Below are positions 10,555 through 20,085 of a stretch of DNA of 63,284 bases, piece after piece; position 1 is the stretch's first letter, and each line of letters begins with the position of its first letter. The stretch spans positions 1 through 63,284 of the forward strand of contig MEQZ01000197.1 in the NCBI GenBank assembly GCA_001770425.1. The letters run 5' to 3'. The stretch comes from Betaproteobacteria bacterium RIFCSPLOWO2_02_FULL_65_20. GTDB lineage: Bacteria > Pseudomonadota > Gammaproteobacteria > Burkholderiales > SG8-39. A model generated the notes under the pieces. It was given only the letters and a program-made list of their open reading frames with translations, had not been told where the DNA came from and ran no database searches. Both the position numbers and the translations under genes were made by a program.

Positions 10555-11703
10555 TTAGTGCCCCGCGCCAAGGAATTCCAGCATCTCGGCACGACGCACC
10601 ATGGTGTCCTGGTAGCCGAGGTCGATCAGCGCACGGCAGAACCCTCGCTCGAACAGCAGATAGCTCGCCAGGTTCGAGCCGTTGCGGTTCATCGCTCCCA
10701 TACCCCGAAGCATGAAACGCACCGACCTGGGCAGTTCGCTGAGGTAGCGCGTTGCGATGCGTGAAATCTGCTGGCTGGGCGACATCACCAGCACGTCGAC
10801 TTTGCGCAGCGGCATGCCTGCAGCCTTGTCCGGCGGGATCAGGCTGATGGTGTGGTTGATGCGCTCCAGACGCTCGATGTCCACGTAGAGGCTGTCCAGG
10901 AAGATGCTGTTCAGCGCGTGGCCGGCGATCTGCGCCAGGGTCGGATAGGTATCCGAGCGCACACGCGGCGGTTCGATCCTCTGTCGGCCGGGTCCAATAA
11001 CCAGCACCCGGTCTGCGCCCAGGTGCAGCGCCGCGCTGATCGGTGAAATCTGCCGCATGGATCCGTCACCGAAATACTCACGATTGATCTTGACCGCCGG
11101 AAAAATCAACGGCAGCGCGCTCGATGCCATCAGGTGCTCGACCCGCAGCGCCGTGGCGCAGCCCACGCGCTGCGTGCGTTCCCAGGCCACCACGCCGGGC
11201 CCGCCCTGATAGAACGAGACACTCTGACCAGAGGAATACCCCGAGCAGGTGATCGACACCGCATAAATGGCCCCGGAGTCGATGTTTTCCTGGATGCGAC
11301 CGAGATCGAGGCTGCGCCGCAGCATGTCCGCAAGCGGCGCACTGTCCAGTAGGGAGATGGTGCCGGAGCGCTGGACGCGCAGCATCGCCGAAAGCCAGTG
11401 AGCCGCGCTCTTGGCGACCACGCCGAAAGGGTCGGAACGGTAGACGTGGAAGGCGCGGAAATTCTCCCAGACCTCGAGCAGATTCTGCACGCCGGCGTCG
11501 AAGTTGTCCGCAAACACCGCGAGCGCGGCCGCATTGATCGCTCCGGCAGAAGTTCCGCACACGATGTGGAACGGATTGCGCTCTGGCATCGGCAGCAGTT
11601 CGCGGACCGCCTTGATCACGCCGACCTGGTAGGCGGCGCGCGCGCCGCCGCCGGTCAGGATAAGACCGGTCTTCGATCTGCGCATATCCGACGCCTGCGT
11701 CAT
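10555..11703 (-). CDS. Patatin-like phospholipase
   Basis: GGGARAAYQVG oxyanion motif, GTSAGAINAA nucleophile elbow (GxSxG), later DGS-type Asp. Confidence 0.85.
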   Translation of the reverse strand: MTQASDMRRSKTGLILTGGGARAAYQVGVIKAVRELLPMPERNPFHIVCGTSAGAINAAALAVFADNFDAGVQNLLEVWENFRAFHVYRSDPFGVVAKSAAHWLSAMLRVQRSGTISLLDSAPLADMLRRSLDLGRIQENIDSGAIYAVSITCSGYSSGQSVSFYQGGPGVVAWERTQRVGCATALRVEHLMASSALPLIFPAVKINREYFGDGSMRQISPISAALHLGADRVLVIGPGRQRIEPPRVRSDTYPTLAQIAGHALNSIFLDSLYVDIERLERINHTISLIPPDKAAGMPLRKVDVLVMSPSQQISRIATRYLSELPRSVRFMLRGMGAMNRNGSNLASYLLFERGFCRALIDLGYQDTMVRRAEMLEFLGAGH

Positions 11704-11872
11704 GCAGCTCTCCGGGAAGATCGCACCGGTGCACCCCTGCCCGGTACGCGGTGGATGTTAGCAGGCGGCGGGCACACCCCGATCCCCCGGTTCGGAGGCT
11801 GCCGAGAGCCCCGCCTCTCAACGATGCGCGCTGCGCTCATCAAGCGAGTTATTCAACGCACCTCCTAGCCGG

Positions 11873-14179
11873 TCACGCCGGACGCGCGAACAGTCTCATC
11901 TGCTCGCGCGCGGCATTGGCATCCACTGCGGTCAATGCCGTCATGTTGACGATGCGTCGCACCGTCGCCGAGGGCGTAAGTATGTGCGCCGGCCGCGCTG
12001 CGCCAAGCAGGATCGGCCCGATGGTGATGCCATCACCGGAGGCCGTCTTGAGCAGGTTGAAGGCGATGTTCGCGGCGTCCAGCGTGGGCATGATGAGCAG
12101 GTTCGCCTCCCCTTTCAGGCGCGACCGAGGGAAGGTCGCGAGGCGCAGCTCCTCGGAAAGCGCCGCATCGCCGTGCATTTCACCTTCGATCGCAAGTTCG
12201 GGAGCGTGCTGCTGCACCAGCGCGAGAGCGTGACGCATCTTCTGTGCCGAGGGCGAATCGCCGGTCCCAAACGACGAGTGCGACAGAAGCGCCGCCTTCG
12301 GCGTGATGCCGAACCGCCGTATTTCCTCTGCCGCGAGCAGCGTCATCTCGGCGATCTGTTCGGCGCTCGGATCGTAGTTGACGTAGGTGTCACAGAGAAA
12401 CACCGTGTGCCTGGGAAGAAGAAGCAAATTCATCGCGTAGAAGTGGTTAACCCCGGGCCGCCTGCCGATCACCTGGTCGATATAGTGCAGGTGCAGGCCG
12501 TGTGTGCCAAACGTGCCGCAGAGCATGCCGTCGGCTTCGCCGCGGTGGAGCATCATCGCCCCGATGAGGGTTAGGCGCCGGCGCATCTCGATCTTCGCGT
12601 AATGCGCCGATACGCCGCGGCGTTCGGTGAGCCGGTGATATTCCTGCCAGTAGTCGCGGTAACGCGGATCGTGCTCGGGATTGACGAGCTGAAAATCCAC
12701 GCCCGGCTTGATGCGAAGGCCGAAACGCTCGATACGCTTCGCAACCACCGCCGGGCGGCCTATGAGAATCGGCAATGCAAGTCCTTCGTCGACCACCACC
12801 TGGGTTGCACGCAGCACGCGCTCGTCTTCCCCTTCGGCGTAGACCACGCGCCGCCGCGGTCCTTCCTTGGCCGCGGTGAACAGCGGCTTCATGATCAGAC
12901 CGGAGTGATACACGAACTGCTGCAGCGAGTCGGTGTAGGCGTCGAAATCGGCGATGGGCCGCGTAGCAACACCGGAATCCATCGCTGCCTTGGCCACCGC
13001 GGGCGCGATGGTGGCGATCAGACGCGGATCGAACGGCTTGGGAATCAGGTATTCCGGGCCGAAGCGCAGGTTCTGTTCGCCATAGGCCGCGGATACGATC
13101 TCCGACTGCTCGGCCATCGCCAGGTTCGCTATCGCACGCACCGCAGCGAGCTTCATCGCCTCGTTGATTTGCGTCGCGCCGACGTCCAGCGCTCCGCGGA
13201 AGATGAAAGGAAAACACAGGACGTTGTTGACCTGGTTCGGATAGTCAGAGCGGCCGGTGGCGATCACGGCATCGGGCCGCACTGCCTTCGCGACGCCGGG
13301 CAGAATCTCGGGCTCGGGGTTGGCGAGCGCCAGAATAAGCGGCTTGCCGGCCATCCCCTTCACCATTTCGGCCTTGAGCACCCCGCCGGCCGACAGCCCC
13401 AGAAACACGTCGGCGCCGGAAATGACCTCGGCGAGTTTGCGCGCGTCGGTCTTCTTGGCGTAGCGGGCCTTGTTCGGGTCCATCTCCTCGACCCGCCCCT
13501 CGTAGACGACGCCCTTGATGTCGGTTACCCAGATGTTCTCCATAGGCAGTCCGAGGCCGACCAGAAGGTCTAGACAGGACAGCGCCGCGGCCCCCGCCCC
13601 GGAGGTGACGAGTTTGACGTCCTCCAACCGCTTGTCCACCACGCGCAGGCCGTTCAGGATCGCCGCGCCGACGATGATCGCCGTGCCGTGCTGATCGTCG
13701 TGGAAGACGGGGATCTTCAGTCGCTCGCGCAGCTTCCTTTCGATGTAGAAGCACTCCGGTGCCTTGATATCTTCCAGATTGATGCCTCCGAAAGTCGGCT
13801 CCAGCGACGCGATGATTTCCACCAGCTTGTCCGGGTCGAGTTCGTTGATCTCGATGTCGAAGCAGTCGATGCCCGCGAACTTCTTGAACAGGACCGCCTT
13901 GCCTTCCATGACCGGCTTGGCGGCGAGCGGGCCGATGGCGCCCAGGCCAAGCACCGCCGTTCCATTGGTGACCACGCCGATCAGGTTGCCGCGAGACGTG
14001 AGGTTGCGCGCCTCGGACGGATCGCGCACGATTTCCTCGCAGGCCGCCGCCACCCCGGGCGTATACGCGAGCGACAGGTCCCGCTGGTTGACCAGTCCCT
14101 TGGTTGGCGCGATCGCAATCTTGCCCGGCTTCGGAAGCCGGTGATAATCGAGCGCCGCTTTGCGTAACATCTCATCCAT
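11873..14179 (-). CDS. maeB: NADP-dependent malic enzyme with C-terminal phosphotransacetylase-like domain
   Basis: 768 aa. Malic enzyme core ([22 protein letters not shown]) followed by a PTA-like domain of about 330 aa. Confidence 0.9.
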   Translation of the reverse strand: MDEMLRKAALDYHRLPKPGKIAIAPTKGLVNQRDLSLAYTPGVAAACEEIVRDPSEARNLTSRGNLIGVVTNGTAVLGLGAIGPLAAKPVMEGKAVLFKKFAGIDCFDIEINELDPDKLVEIIASLEPTFGGINLEDIKAPECFYIERKLRERLKIPVFHDDQHGTAIIVGAAILNGLRVVDKRLEDVKLVTSGAGAAALSCLDLLVGLGLPMENIWVTDIKGVVYEGRVEEMDPNKARYAKKTDARKLAEVISGADVFLGLSAGGVLKAEMVKGMAGKPLILALANPEPEILPGVAKAVRPDAVIATGRSDYPNQVNNVLCFPFIFRGALDVGATQINEAMKLAAVRAIANLAMAEQSEIVSAAYGEQNLRFGPEYLIPKPFDPRLIATIAPAVAKAAMDSGVATRPIADFDAYTDSLQQFVYHSGLIMKPLFTAAKEGPRRRVVYAEGEDERVLRATQVVVDEGLALPILIGRPAVVAKRIERFGLRIKPGVDFQLVNPEHDPRYRDYWQEYHRLTERRGVSAHYAKIEMRRRLTLIGAMMLHRGEADGMLCGTFGTHGLHLHYIDQVIGRRPGVNHFYAMNLLLLPRHTVFLCDTYVNYDPSAEQIAEMTLLAAEEIRRFGITPKAALLSHSSFGTGDSPSAQKMRHALALVQQHAPELAIEGEMHGDAALSEELRLATFPRSRLKGEANLLIMPTLDAANIAFNLLKTASGDGITIGPILLGAARPAHILTPSATVRRIVNMTALTAVDANAAREQMRLFARPA

Positions 14180-14424
14180 CTGACACCGCTCCGCACTGAG
14201 AATTTCCCGGCCGACCGTGGCGAGTATAGTGCAATTGGCGCGTGCCTCGCGCCGGCTGGAGGGGCTGCTTCCGGTCGTACAATACGCGCGTCCGTGCGGT
14301 CTACACGGAAAAATGTCATCCTAGTATCGCGACACGTTAGTTTTGCAACATCACGATAGACACGAACAATGTTTCGAAATTAGTGATTCGTAGTACTAGC
14401 AGTGATGTCAAACCGCAGACCTCC

Positions 14425-15609
14425 ATGAAACGCGATCAGCATTTCCCCGCCGCCGCCCGACTCGCCGAGATCGAGCCGTTTCACGTCATGGAGGTGCAGC
14501 GCCGCGCCCAGGCGCTCGAGGCCGGGGGCCGTCACATCGTTCACATGGAGATCGGGCAGCCCGATTTTGCAGCACCGCCCCAGGTGATCGAGGCGGCGAT
14601 TCGCGCCGTGCGCACGCAATCGCTCGGCTATACCGATGCGCTCGGTCTTCCCGAACTGCGCGAGGCAATTTCGCGCTTTTATCTCACGCGCTATGGCGTG
14701 GACGTCCCCGCAGAGCGCATCGTCGTCACCGCCGGCGCATCGGGCGCGTTTCTGCTGGCGCTCGGCGCGCTGGTCGATCCGAACGATGAAGTGCTCATGC
14801 CCGACCCGTGTTACCCGTGCAACCGCCACTTCGTGCGCCTGTTCGAGGGACGCGCGCGCAGGGTCGCGGTTGACGAGCGCCAGTTCTATCAGCTGAGCGC
14901 GTCCGACGTGCGCCGCGAATGGAACGATGGTGTGCGCGGCGTCATGCTCGCCTCGCCGTCCAACCCCACCGGCAGCACGATCCCGACGGACGAGCTTCGT
15001 GCCATCCTCGATTTCGCGGCCTCGAGAAGAGGCTTCGCCTTGGTCGACGAGATCTATCACGGGCTCACCTATAGCGCCGATGGCGATCCGCTCTCGACGG
15101 CGCTCGCAATGAGCGACCGGATATTTGTCGTCAACAGCTTCTCGAAATACTTCAACATGACCGGCTGGCGCCTGGGCTGGCTGGTCGTGCCGCAAGGATA
15201 CCTGCGCGAAATCGAAAAGCTGGCGCAAAACGTCTATATCTGCGCCTCGGCGCCGGCACAGCACGCGGCCATAGCCGCCTTCCTTCCCGAAACGCTGGCA
15301 GTGCTGGAAGAGCGACGCGCCGAATTCCAGCGTCGGCGTGATTTCATGGTGCCTGCGCTGCGAAAGCTCGGCTTCAGGATACCCATCATGCCGCAGGGCG
15401 CGTTCTACATCTACGCCGGCTGCGAGAGCTTCGGTCCTGACAGTTCGGCGTTCGCCCTGCGCGTGCTGGATGAGGCTGGCGTGGCGATCACACCTGGTCT
15501 TGATTTCGGCTTGAACCATCCGGAGCGGCACATACGCATTGCCTACACGCGGTCAATGGAAGAACTTGAGGAAGGCGTGGCACGGATCGCGAAACTGGTC
15601 GGTCGCTAG
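14425..15609 (+). CDS. Class I/II pyridoxal-phosphate-dependent aminotransferase
   Basis: SFSKYFNMTGWRLGW (PLP-lysine motif), NPTG, MEIGQPDF. The ATG at 14425 is preferred over the track start. Confidence 0.85.
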   Translation: MKRDQHFPAAARLAEIEPFHVMEVQRRAQALEAGGRHIVHMEIGQPDFAAPPQVIEAAIRAVRTQSLGYTDALGLPELREAISRFYLTRYGVDVPAERIVVTAGASGAFLLALGALVDPNDEVLMPDPCYPCNRHFVRLFEGRARRVAVDERQFYQLSASDVRREWNDGVRGVMLASPSNPTGSTIPTDELRAILDFAASRRGFALVDEIYHGLTYSADGDPLSTALAMSDRIFVVNSFSKYFNMTGWRLGWLVVPQGYLREIEKLAQNVYICASAPAQHAAIAAFLPETLAVLEERRAEFQRRRDFMVPALRKLGFRIPIMPQGAFYIYAGCESFGPDSSAFALRVLDEAGVAITPGLDFGLNHPERHIRIAYTRSMEELEEGVARIAKLVGR

Positions 15610-15614
15610 CGAAG

Positions 15615-15643
15615 GCACGGAAAAGGGGGCGACTCCCCCGTGC
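15615..15643. terminator. GC-rich hairpin between convergent genes (possible bidirectional terminator)
   Basis: GCACGG...GGGGG CGACT CCCCC GTGC. A second hairpin, GAAGCCG/CGGCTTC, lies at 15653-15673. No strong T tract. Confidence 0.3.
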
Positions 15644-15680
15644 GGCTTCCCCGAAGCCGAAGGACGCGGCTTCATGGAGT

Positions 15681-16436
15681 TCAAGTCAGGGTCAAGTCGC
15701 CGGCCGCCCCTGCATCGGCAAAGGTCATTCCAGACCAGCCTGAGGCCGTGGCATCCTTGCGCGGCGCGCGCTCGTACCGGTAGATGGTCTGGCGAAGACG
15801 GTCCATTTCACCCATGACCTTTTGCGCATACTGACCCGAAGTGTCCGACAGGCCTCCGCTGTAGAGCTGCAGGCCGGCCTCGAGGCTGCCAGCACGCCGG
15901 GTGTATTCCTTGAGGATTCTCGCGCCAACCAGAATGTTGGTCATGGGGTCCAGGACGGACTCGGCTCCGCCATGCTCGACGAGTTTGTCCTTGTGGTATT
16001 TGGGAATCACCTGCATCAGGCCCTTGGCGCCCATCCCGCTTTCGGCGATCGGGTTGAACTTCGACTCGACGGCCATCACGGCCAGAATCAGCAGCGGATC
16101 GACCCCCACCTGCCGGCCGGCATCAAAAGCACCGCTCACCAGCTGCTCGGTCGCATCCGATGCCACCCTGTACCTGCGTGAAAGATAACTTGCAATCGCC
16201 TGATACTTCGGATTGTCCGGGTCAGCAGGCTCGAACAGCGAGATACCCTCGTAGCGAATGGTTCCGAAGGCGGTCGCGTTGGCGCCCGACGGCACCGGCG
16301 TGGGATAGCTCTCACCTTGGACAACCAGGACCAGCAGGGCCGCCAGTCCGAGGACAGCCAGGCTGTTATGCAACAACCCGAACACCGGTCCTAACCGGAT
16401 TTCCACGTACTGTCTCAACAATATGGTCGTGTTCAT
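15681..16436 (-). CDS. Lytic transglycosylase (SLT domain) with N-terminal membrane anchor
   Basis: GVDPLLILAVMAVESKFNP...GAKGLMQV catalytic Glu motif. The ATG at 16436 is preceded by GGAGG. Confidence 0.8.
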   Translation of the reverse strand: MNTTILLRQYVEIRLGPVFGLLHNSLAVLGLAALLVLVVQGESYPTPVPSGANATAFGTIRYEGISLFEPADPDNPKYQAIASYLSRRYRVASDATEQLVSGAFDAGRQVGVDPLLILAVMAVESKFNPIAESGMGAKGLMQVIPKYHKDKLVEHGGAESVLDPMTNILVGARILKEYTRRAGSLEAGLQLYSGGLSDTSGQYAQKVMGEMDRLRQTIYRYERAPRKDATASGWSGMTFADAGAAGDLTLT

Positions 16437-16682
16437 CACACACCTCCGTCTTTCCGGCAGGCTACTGCCGGGTTCTCGCAAACCGTCTGGGCCGCCCGGG
16501 CCTATCCCGGGAAACCTATTGTTTTTAAATTATTTATTGCCCACCTCGAACCCAACTCGGCTCGCTGGTCGAGCAGAAAACAAAACGGCGCTGCAAGTGG
16601 CCGCGGCCCACAGATGGGGCCGCAAAGACCAGACTTCAACGAAAAGAACAGCTACGACGCATTGACGCAATGCACAATTGGC

Positions 16683-16711
16683 ATTTTAATTAAGATGTTA
16701 CATTAGGTCAA
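16683..16711 (-). promoter_or_regulatory. Near-consensus sigma70 promoter (TTGACC-17 nt-TAAAAT) in an AT-rich intergenic region
   Basis: On the minus strand, TTGACC (16711-16706), a 17-nt spacer, then TAAAAT (16688-16683). It lies about 240 nt upstream of the SLT start. Confidence 0.45.
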
Positions 16712-16922
16712 GCCAAATATCTGCCATTTCGTCAATGAGTTACATTCTCGGGGTCGGCGCCGGAAGCATGGCAGCCGGAGGAAAAATCCCGGCATTACCA
16801 CCAGAGAACCTGATAAAATTGGTTCGCTTGGCAGCAAAGCCGGGAAGCTATCCTCAGAGTCGAATGCCTGCGGATCAGTTCGGGATGAGCCCCGAGCTGT
16901 CCGCAGTTCATTCGCAAACCCG

Positions 16923-17243
16923 CTAAGGCCTTGAGCCAGTCGGAAACGGCCAAGCTGCTGCGGGGTTCAGGGCAGTTCTTGCCCCAGGCGTTGCAGCGAT
17001 GGACGGGGCCGGAGCCACCGGAGCCATCACATGCGCAGCCGGTTTCGCAGCCGGTTTCGCCTTTTTCTTCTTGGCAGCCTTTTTCTTGGCTGCTTTCTTT
17101 TTCGCGGGTTTCTTCTTGGCCGCCTTCTTCTTGGCGGGTTTCTTTACCGCTTTCTTTTTCGCAGTTTTCTTCTTTGCCGCCTTCTTCTTCTTCTTTTTCG
17201 CGGGTTTCTTCGCTGCTTTCTTCGCTTTCTTCTTCGTGGCCAT
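16923..17243 (-). CDS. Histone H1-like Lys/Ala-rich nucleoid-associated protein
   Basis: MATKKKAKKAAKKPAKKKKKKAAKKK...: about 75 aa that are almost only K, A and P, then a non-basic tail of about 35 aa. GGAGG lies 5 nt upstream of the ATG at 17243. Confidence 0.7.
   Translation of the reverse strand: MATKKKAKKAAKKPAKKKKKKAAKKKTAKKKAVKKPAKKKAAKKKPAKKKAAKKKAAKKKKAKPAAKPAAHVMAPVAPAPSIAATPGARTALNPAAAWPFPTGSRP
17040..17235. repeat. Low-complexity imperfect repeats (AAGAAG / GCC-rich) encoding the KKAAK/PAKKK repeats
   Basis: Repeated ttcttcttggc(c/a)gcc and ttcgcgggtttcttc units, which generate mirror ORFs on the opposite strand. Confidence 0.7.
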
Positions 17244-17277
17244 AACTGCCTCCATCAAGAGTTAAAGGAACAACAAG

Positions 17278-17727
17278 TTAAACCTGCCCGACCAAGCGCA
17301 GGCTATTCAGCCGTCGGGGCAAGCCCCGACGAACTGAATTCTTTGCCAGGCCTGCCCGGAAGCAGGTCCTGTTACAGAAGGTCCGGATTCGACCGGATCC
17401 CGTCATCCCAGACCGCCGTTGCCGCGGCCGAACACACCGCAGCGACGCAAAACCGTTCGGTATCGCCCGCCCGCCAAAGGCGCGGAATTCGAGAACGTTA
17501 GCCGGAAAAACGCTCTCCGCGGGTCCATCGTCGAATCCAAGCCGGACCAGGTGCGCCTTGATCACGGCCATCAGGATCGGCTCAAAGCCCGCGACCGCGC
17601 CGTTGCGGCGGATCGCCTTGTACTGGGAAAGCCGGGACTGCCGGGCCGTAGCAGAAGATTCAGAGAACGTAACGCCATGCAAAGCATATAGAGAATGACA
17701 GGTCGCGGTTTCTGCGGCTATCTGCAT
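17278..17727 (-). CDS. Hypothetical protein (orphan; family not recognised)
   Basis: The ATG at 17727 has AGGAGA 6 nt upstream and tandem consensus-like promoters further up. The central part (QYKAIRRNGAVAGFEPILMAVIKAHLVRLGFDD) has coding-like GC3. The first ~27 codons and the Arg/Cys-rich last ~50 codons do not. Confidence 0.4.
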   Translation of the reverse strand: MQIAAETATCHSLYALHGVTFSESSATARQSRLSQYKAIRRNGAVAGFEPILMAVIKAHLVRLGFDDGPAESVFPANVLEFRAFGGRAIPNGFASLRCVRPRQRRSGMTGSGRIRTFCNRTCFRAGLAKNSVRRGLPRRLNSLRLVGQV

Positions 17728-17825
17728 TTACGGTCTCCTAAAACTCCTCTTTTCTTCCGTTCTGCTGCTCTGCTGCCACGTCTGGTACAGCTTGCTGCCT
17801 CTGTCCGAAAAGCGCCGTCAACCAC

Positions 17826-17887
17826 AATATATAGTATCTTGACAAAAATATGCAACTAATTCTAGTGCGTATGATTTCAATATGCAA
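17826..17887 (-). promoter_or_regulatory. Tandem sigma70-like promoters (TTGCAT-17-TAGAAT and TTGCAT-16/18-TATATA/TATATT)
   Basis: Minus strand P1: TTGCAT 17887-17882, TAGAAT 17864-17859. P2: TTGCAT 17855-17850, with TATATA/TATATT around 17833-17826. Both sit in an AT-rich patch. Confidence 0.45.
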
Positions 17888-18034
17888 GCGCAGCGTTGCA
17901 ACCGGGCACATGTTCCGATCAGAACATGCGCCGCGCCGCATGCGCGCCTCACGGAAGCACGAATGGGGAAATGCGCATAGGAGGGGCGAGCGGCACCCGT
18001 CGCGCAGCCCGCGTTCCGCCGGTTCCGGACGCAC

Positions 18035-18619
18035 TTACCGCCGCGTCTGGTCGCGGCGAAGCGCGGCGCGCACGCGCCCCCAGTCAAATGAGGGCCCCGG
18101 ATCGGTTTTTCTTCCGGGCGCGATATCACTGTGGGCTACGACGTCGGCGATTGGATAGCGTTCGTAGAGCGCGCCGACCAGGGCGGTCAGCGCTTCGTAC
18201 TGCGCGTCCGTGTAGGCTACGTCCTCGGTTCCTTCGAGTTCGATTCCGACCGAGAAGTCGTTGCAGCCATCGCGCCCGTCATAGCGCGATGCGCCGGCAT
18301 GCCAGGCGCGCTTGCCGCACGGCACAAATTGCACGACTTCGCCACCGCGCGCGATCAGGAAATGCGCCGATACGCGAAGCTCGCGCAGCGTCTCGAAGTA
18401 CGGGTGGGCGGTACAGTCCAGCGTGTTGGTGAACAGCCTCCGGATCGCGTCACCGCCGAATTCCCCGGGAGGAAGGCTGATGGCGTGGATGACCACAAGC
18501 GTTATGGATTCGCCATCGGGCCGCTCGTCGCAGTTGGAGGAGGAGACCTGGATCGCCTGTTCGAGGACGCCTTCGCGGTCGAACTTCAACTTGCGCCCGC
18601 CCGAAATGTTCGCCGACAA
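18035..18619 (-). CDS. ampD: 1,6-anhydro-N-acetylmuramyl-L-alanine amidase AmpD
   Basis: SSNCDERP, VIHAISLPPGEFGG, AWHAGAS, VVAHSDIAPGRKTDPG (amidase_2 zinc ligands). Confidence 0.85.
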   Translation of the reverse strand: MSANISGGRKLKFDREGVLEQAIQVSSSNCDERPDGESITLVVIHAISLPPGEFGGDAIRRLFTNTLDCTAHPYFETLRELRVSAHFLIARGGEVVQFVPCGKRAWHAGASRYDGRDGCNDFSVGIELEGTEDVAYTDAQYEALTALVGALYERYPIADVVAHSDIAPGRKTDPGPSFDWGRVRAALRRDQTRR

Positions 18620-18693
18620 GGGAAATTGGCCCCTTTACAGTTCCAGAACCCGGCAGAAACTCCGATCTGGCCTGACACTTGATCAGAACTCGC

Positions 18694-20085
18694 CTAGCGG
18701 ATGCGGAGCCGTTCCATGCGGTAGCGCAGGGCCCGGAACGTGATCCCGAGGAGCTTTGCCGCGGCGGTTCGGTTGAATCGCGTCGTGTCCAGCGCTTCCA
18801 GGATGGCTTCGCGCTCGATCTGATCCAGATACTCCTGCAGCGGCCACTTGGCGTTCCCCGCGTTCGGTGCATCCGCTACGCGCGGCTCCCCCGTCATACA
18901 TGCCGGCGGGGCGAGTTGAAGGTCGTCGGGCAGGATCTCATCCGAGGCGGCCAGCGCCACCGCGCGCTCGAGAATGTTCTCGAGTTCCCGGGCATTGCCC
19001 GGAAAGTCGTACCGCTGCAGCGCCTCGCGCGCACCCTCCGACAGGCGTGCGCCTCCGGCGCCCCCGGCCGGCGCGAGTCGCGCGAGGATCGCGCCCGCGA
19101 GCACGGGAATGTCCTCACGGCATTCCCGCAGCGGCGGCATCCTGAGTTCGATCACCGCCAGTCGATAATAAAGATCCTGTCTGAATTCTTCCGCAGCCAC
19201 CAGCTCGGAGAGGTTTTGGTGCGTGGCGCAAATGATGCGCACGTCGACAGGATCTTCGGTCGTGGCCCCGATCTTGCGCACGCGCTTTTCCTGTATTGCC
19301 CGGAGCAGCTTGACCTGCATCGCCAGAGGCAGGTCGGCCACCTCGTCCAGGAATAGCGTGCCGCCATTGGCAACGTGGAAAAACCCTTCCCGGTCCGACT
19401 CCGCCCCTGTGAACGCCCCTTTGCGGTAACCGAAAAACTCGCTCTCCATCAGCGTTTCCGGAATGGCGCCGCAGTTGACGGGAACCAAGGGCCTGTCCCG
19501 GCGCGCACCCTGTTCGTGGATCAGCCGCGCCGCAAGTTCCTTGCCGCTTCCCGACTCCCCCGTTATGTATATGGGAGCCTGGCTGCGGGCGAGCTTGTCT
19601 ATCATGAGCCGAACCTGCTGGATGCCCGGGCCGTCTCCGAGCAGCACGTGCTGCCGACCGGGCTCCTCCTTCTGCGGCAGGGAGAGGGCCGACCTGACCA
19701 GCGTGCGCAGTTGATCGAGTGAAAGCGGCTTGGTCAGGTAATCGAACGCACCGGCCTTGAGCGCCGAGACGGCGTTCTCCATGCTGCCGTAGGCCGTGAT
19801 CACGGCGACCGGCAAGTCATCGCAGTGCTCGCCGATATGGCGGACCAGATCGAGCCCGTCCCCGTCGGGCAGGCGCATGTCCGTCAAGCAGAGGTCAAAC
19901 CTGCGCCTCTGGAGCAGCGCCTTTGCTTCGGCGACCGAACCTGCGCTTTCCACGCCGAGCCCCATTCGGACCAGCGACAACTCGAGCAGCTCGCGAATGT
20001 CGGCCTCGTCGTCGACCACCAGCACCGTGGTGTTCACGCCGGCCGTGGGGCGCTCCGGGCGCCGGGTCACTGCACTGCCTGCCAT
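18694..20085 (-). CDS. pilR: Sigma54-dependent response regulator, PilR-like (NtrC family)
   Basis: Receiver domain (VLVVDDEADIRELL...DLCLTDMRLPDGDG), AAA+ core (GESGSGKE, GAFTGA) and C-terminal HTH (RTAAAKLLGITFRALRYRMERL). The ATG at 20085 overlaps the upstream kinase gene by 19 nt. Confidence 0.8.
   Translation of the reverse strand: MAGSAVTRRPERPTAGVNTTVLVVDDEADIRELLELSLVRMGLGVESAGSVAEAKALLQRRRFDLCLTDMRLPDGDGLDLVRHIGEHCDDLPVAVITAYGSMENAVSALKAGAFDYLTKPLSLDQLRTLVRSALSLPQKEEPGRQHVLLGDGPGIQQVRLMIDKLARSQAPIYITGESGSGKELAARLIHEQGARRDRPLVPVNCGAIPETLMESEFFGYRKGAFTGAESDREGFFHVANGGTLFLDEVADLPLAMQVKLLRAIQEKRVRKIGATTEDPVDVRIICATHQNLSELVAAEEFRQDLYYRLAVIELRMPPLRECREDIPVLAGAILARLAPAGGAGGARLSEGAREALQRYDFPGNARELENILERAVALAASDEILPDDLQLAPPACMTGEPRVADAPNAGNAKWPLQEYLDQIEREAILEALDTTRFNRTAAAKLLGITFRALRYRMERLRIR

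Noticed and set aside
10555-11703. Patatin-like phospholipase as a possible CBASS or other anti-phage effector
   Set aside because: There is no adjacent cyclase or nucleotidyltransferase, no sensor, and no other defence gene. It is flanked by housekeeping genes (maeB and a PhaM-like gene) and has ordinary GC and codon usage.
16931-17501. Three plus-strand ORFs (F/L/S-rich) across the H1-like gene
   Set aside because: They are mirror images of the AAG/GCC low-complexity repeats. The minus-strand frame has an RBS and a Lys/Ala composition typical of a known protein class.
17380-17560. tmRNA- or tRNA-like strings on the minus strand (GGATTCGACG; GGTCGAATCC flanked by CCGG)
   Set aside because: No acceptor stem, no CCA end, no resume-codon or tag ORF, and no full cloverleaf could be folded. 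These are probably chance matches inside the orphan ORF.
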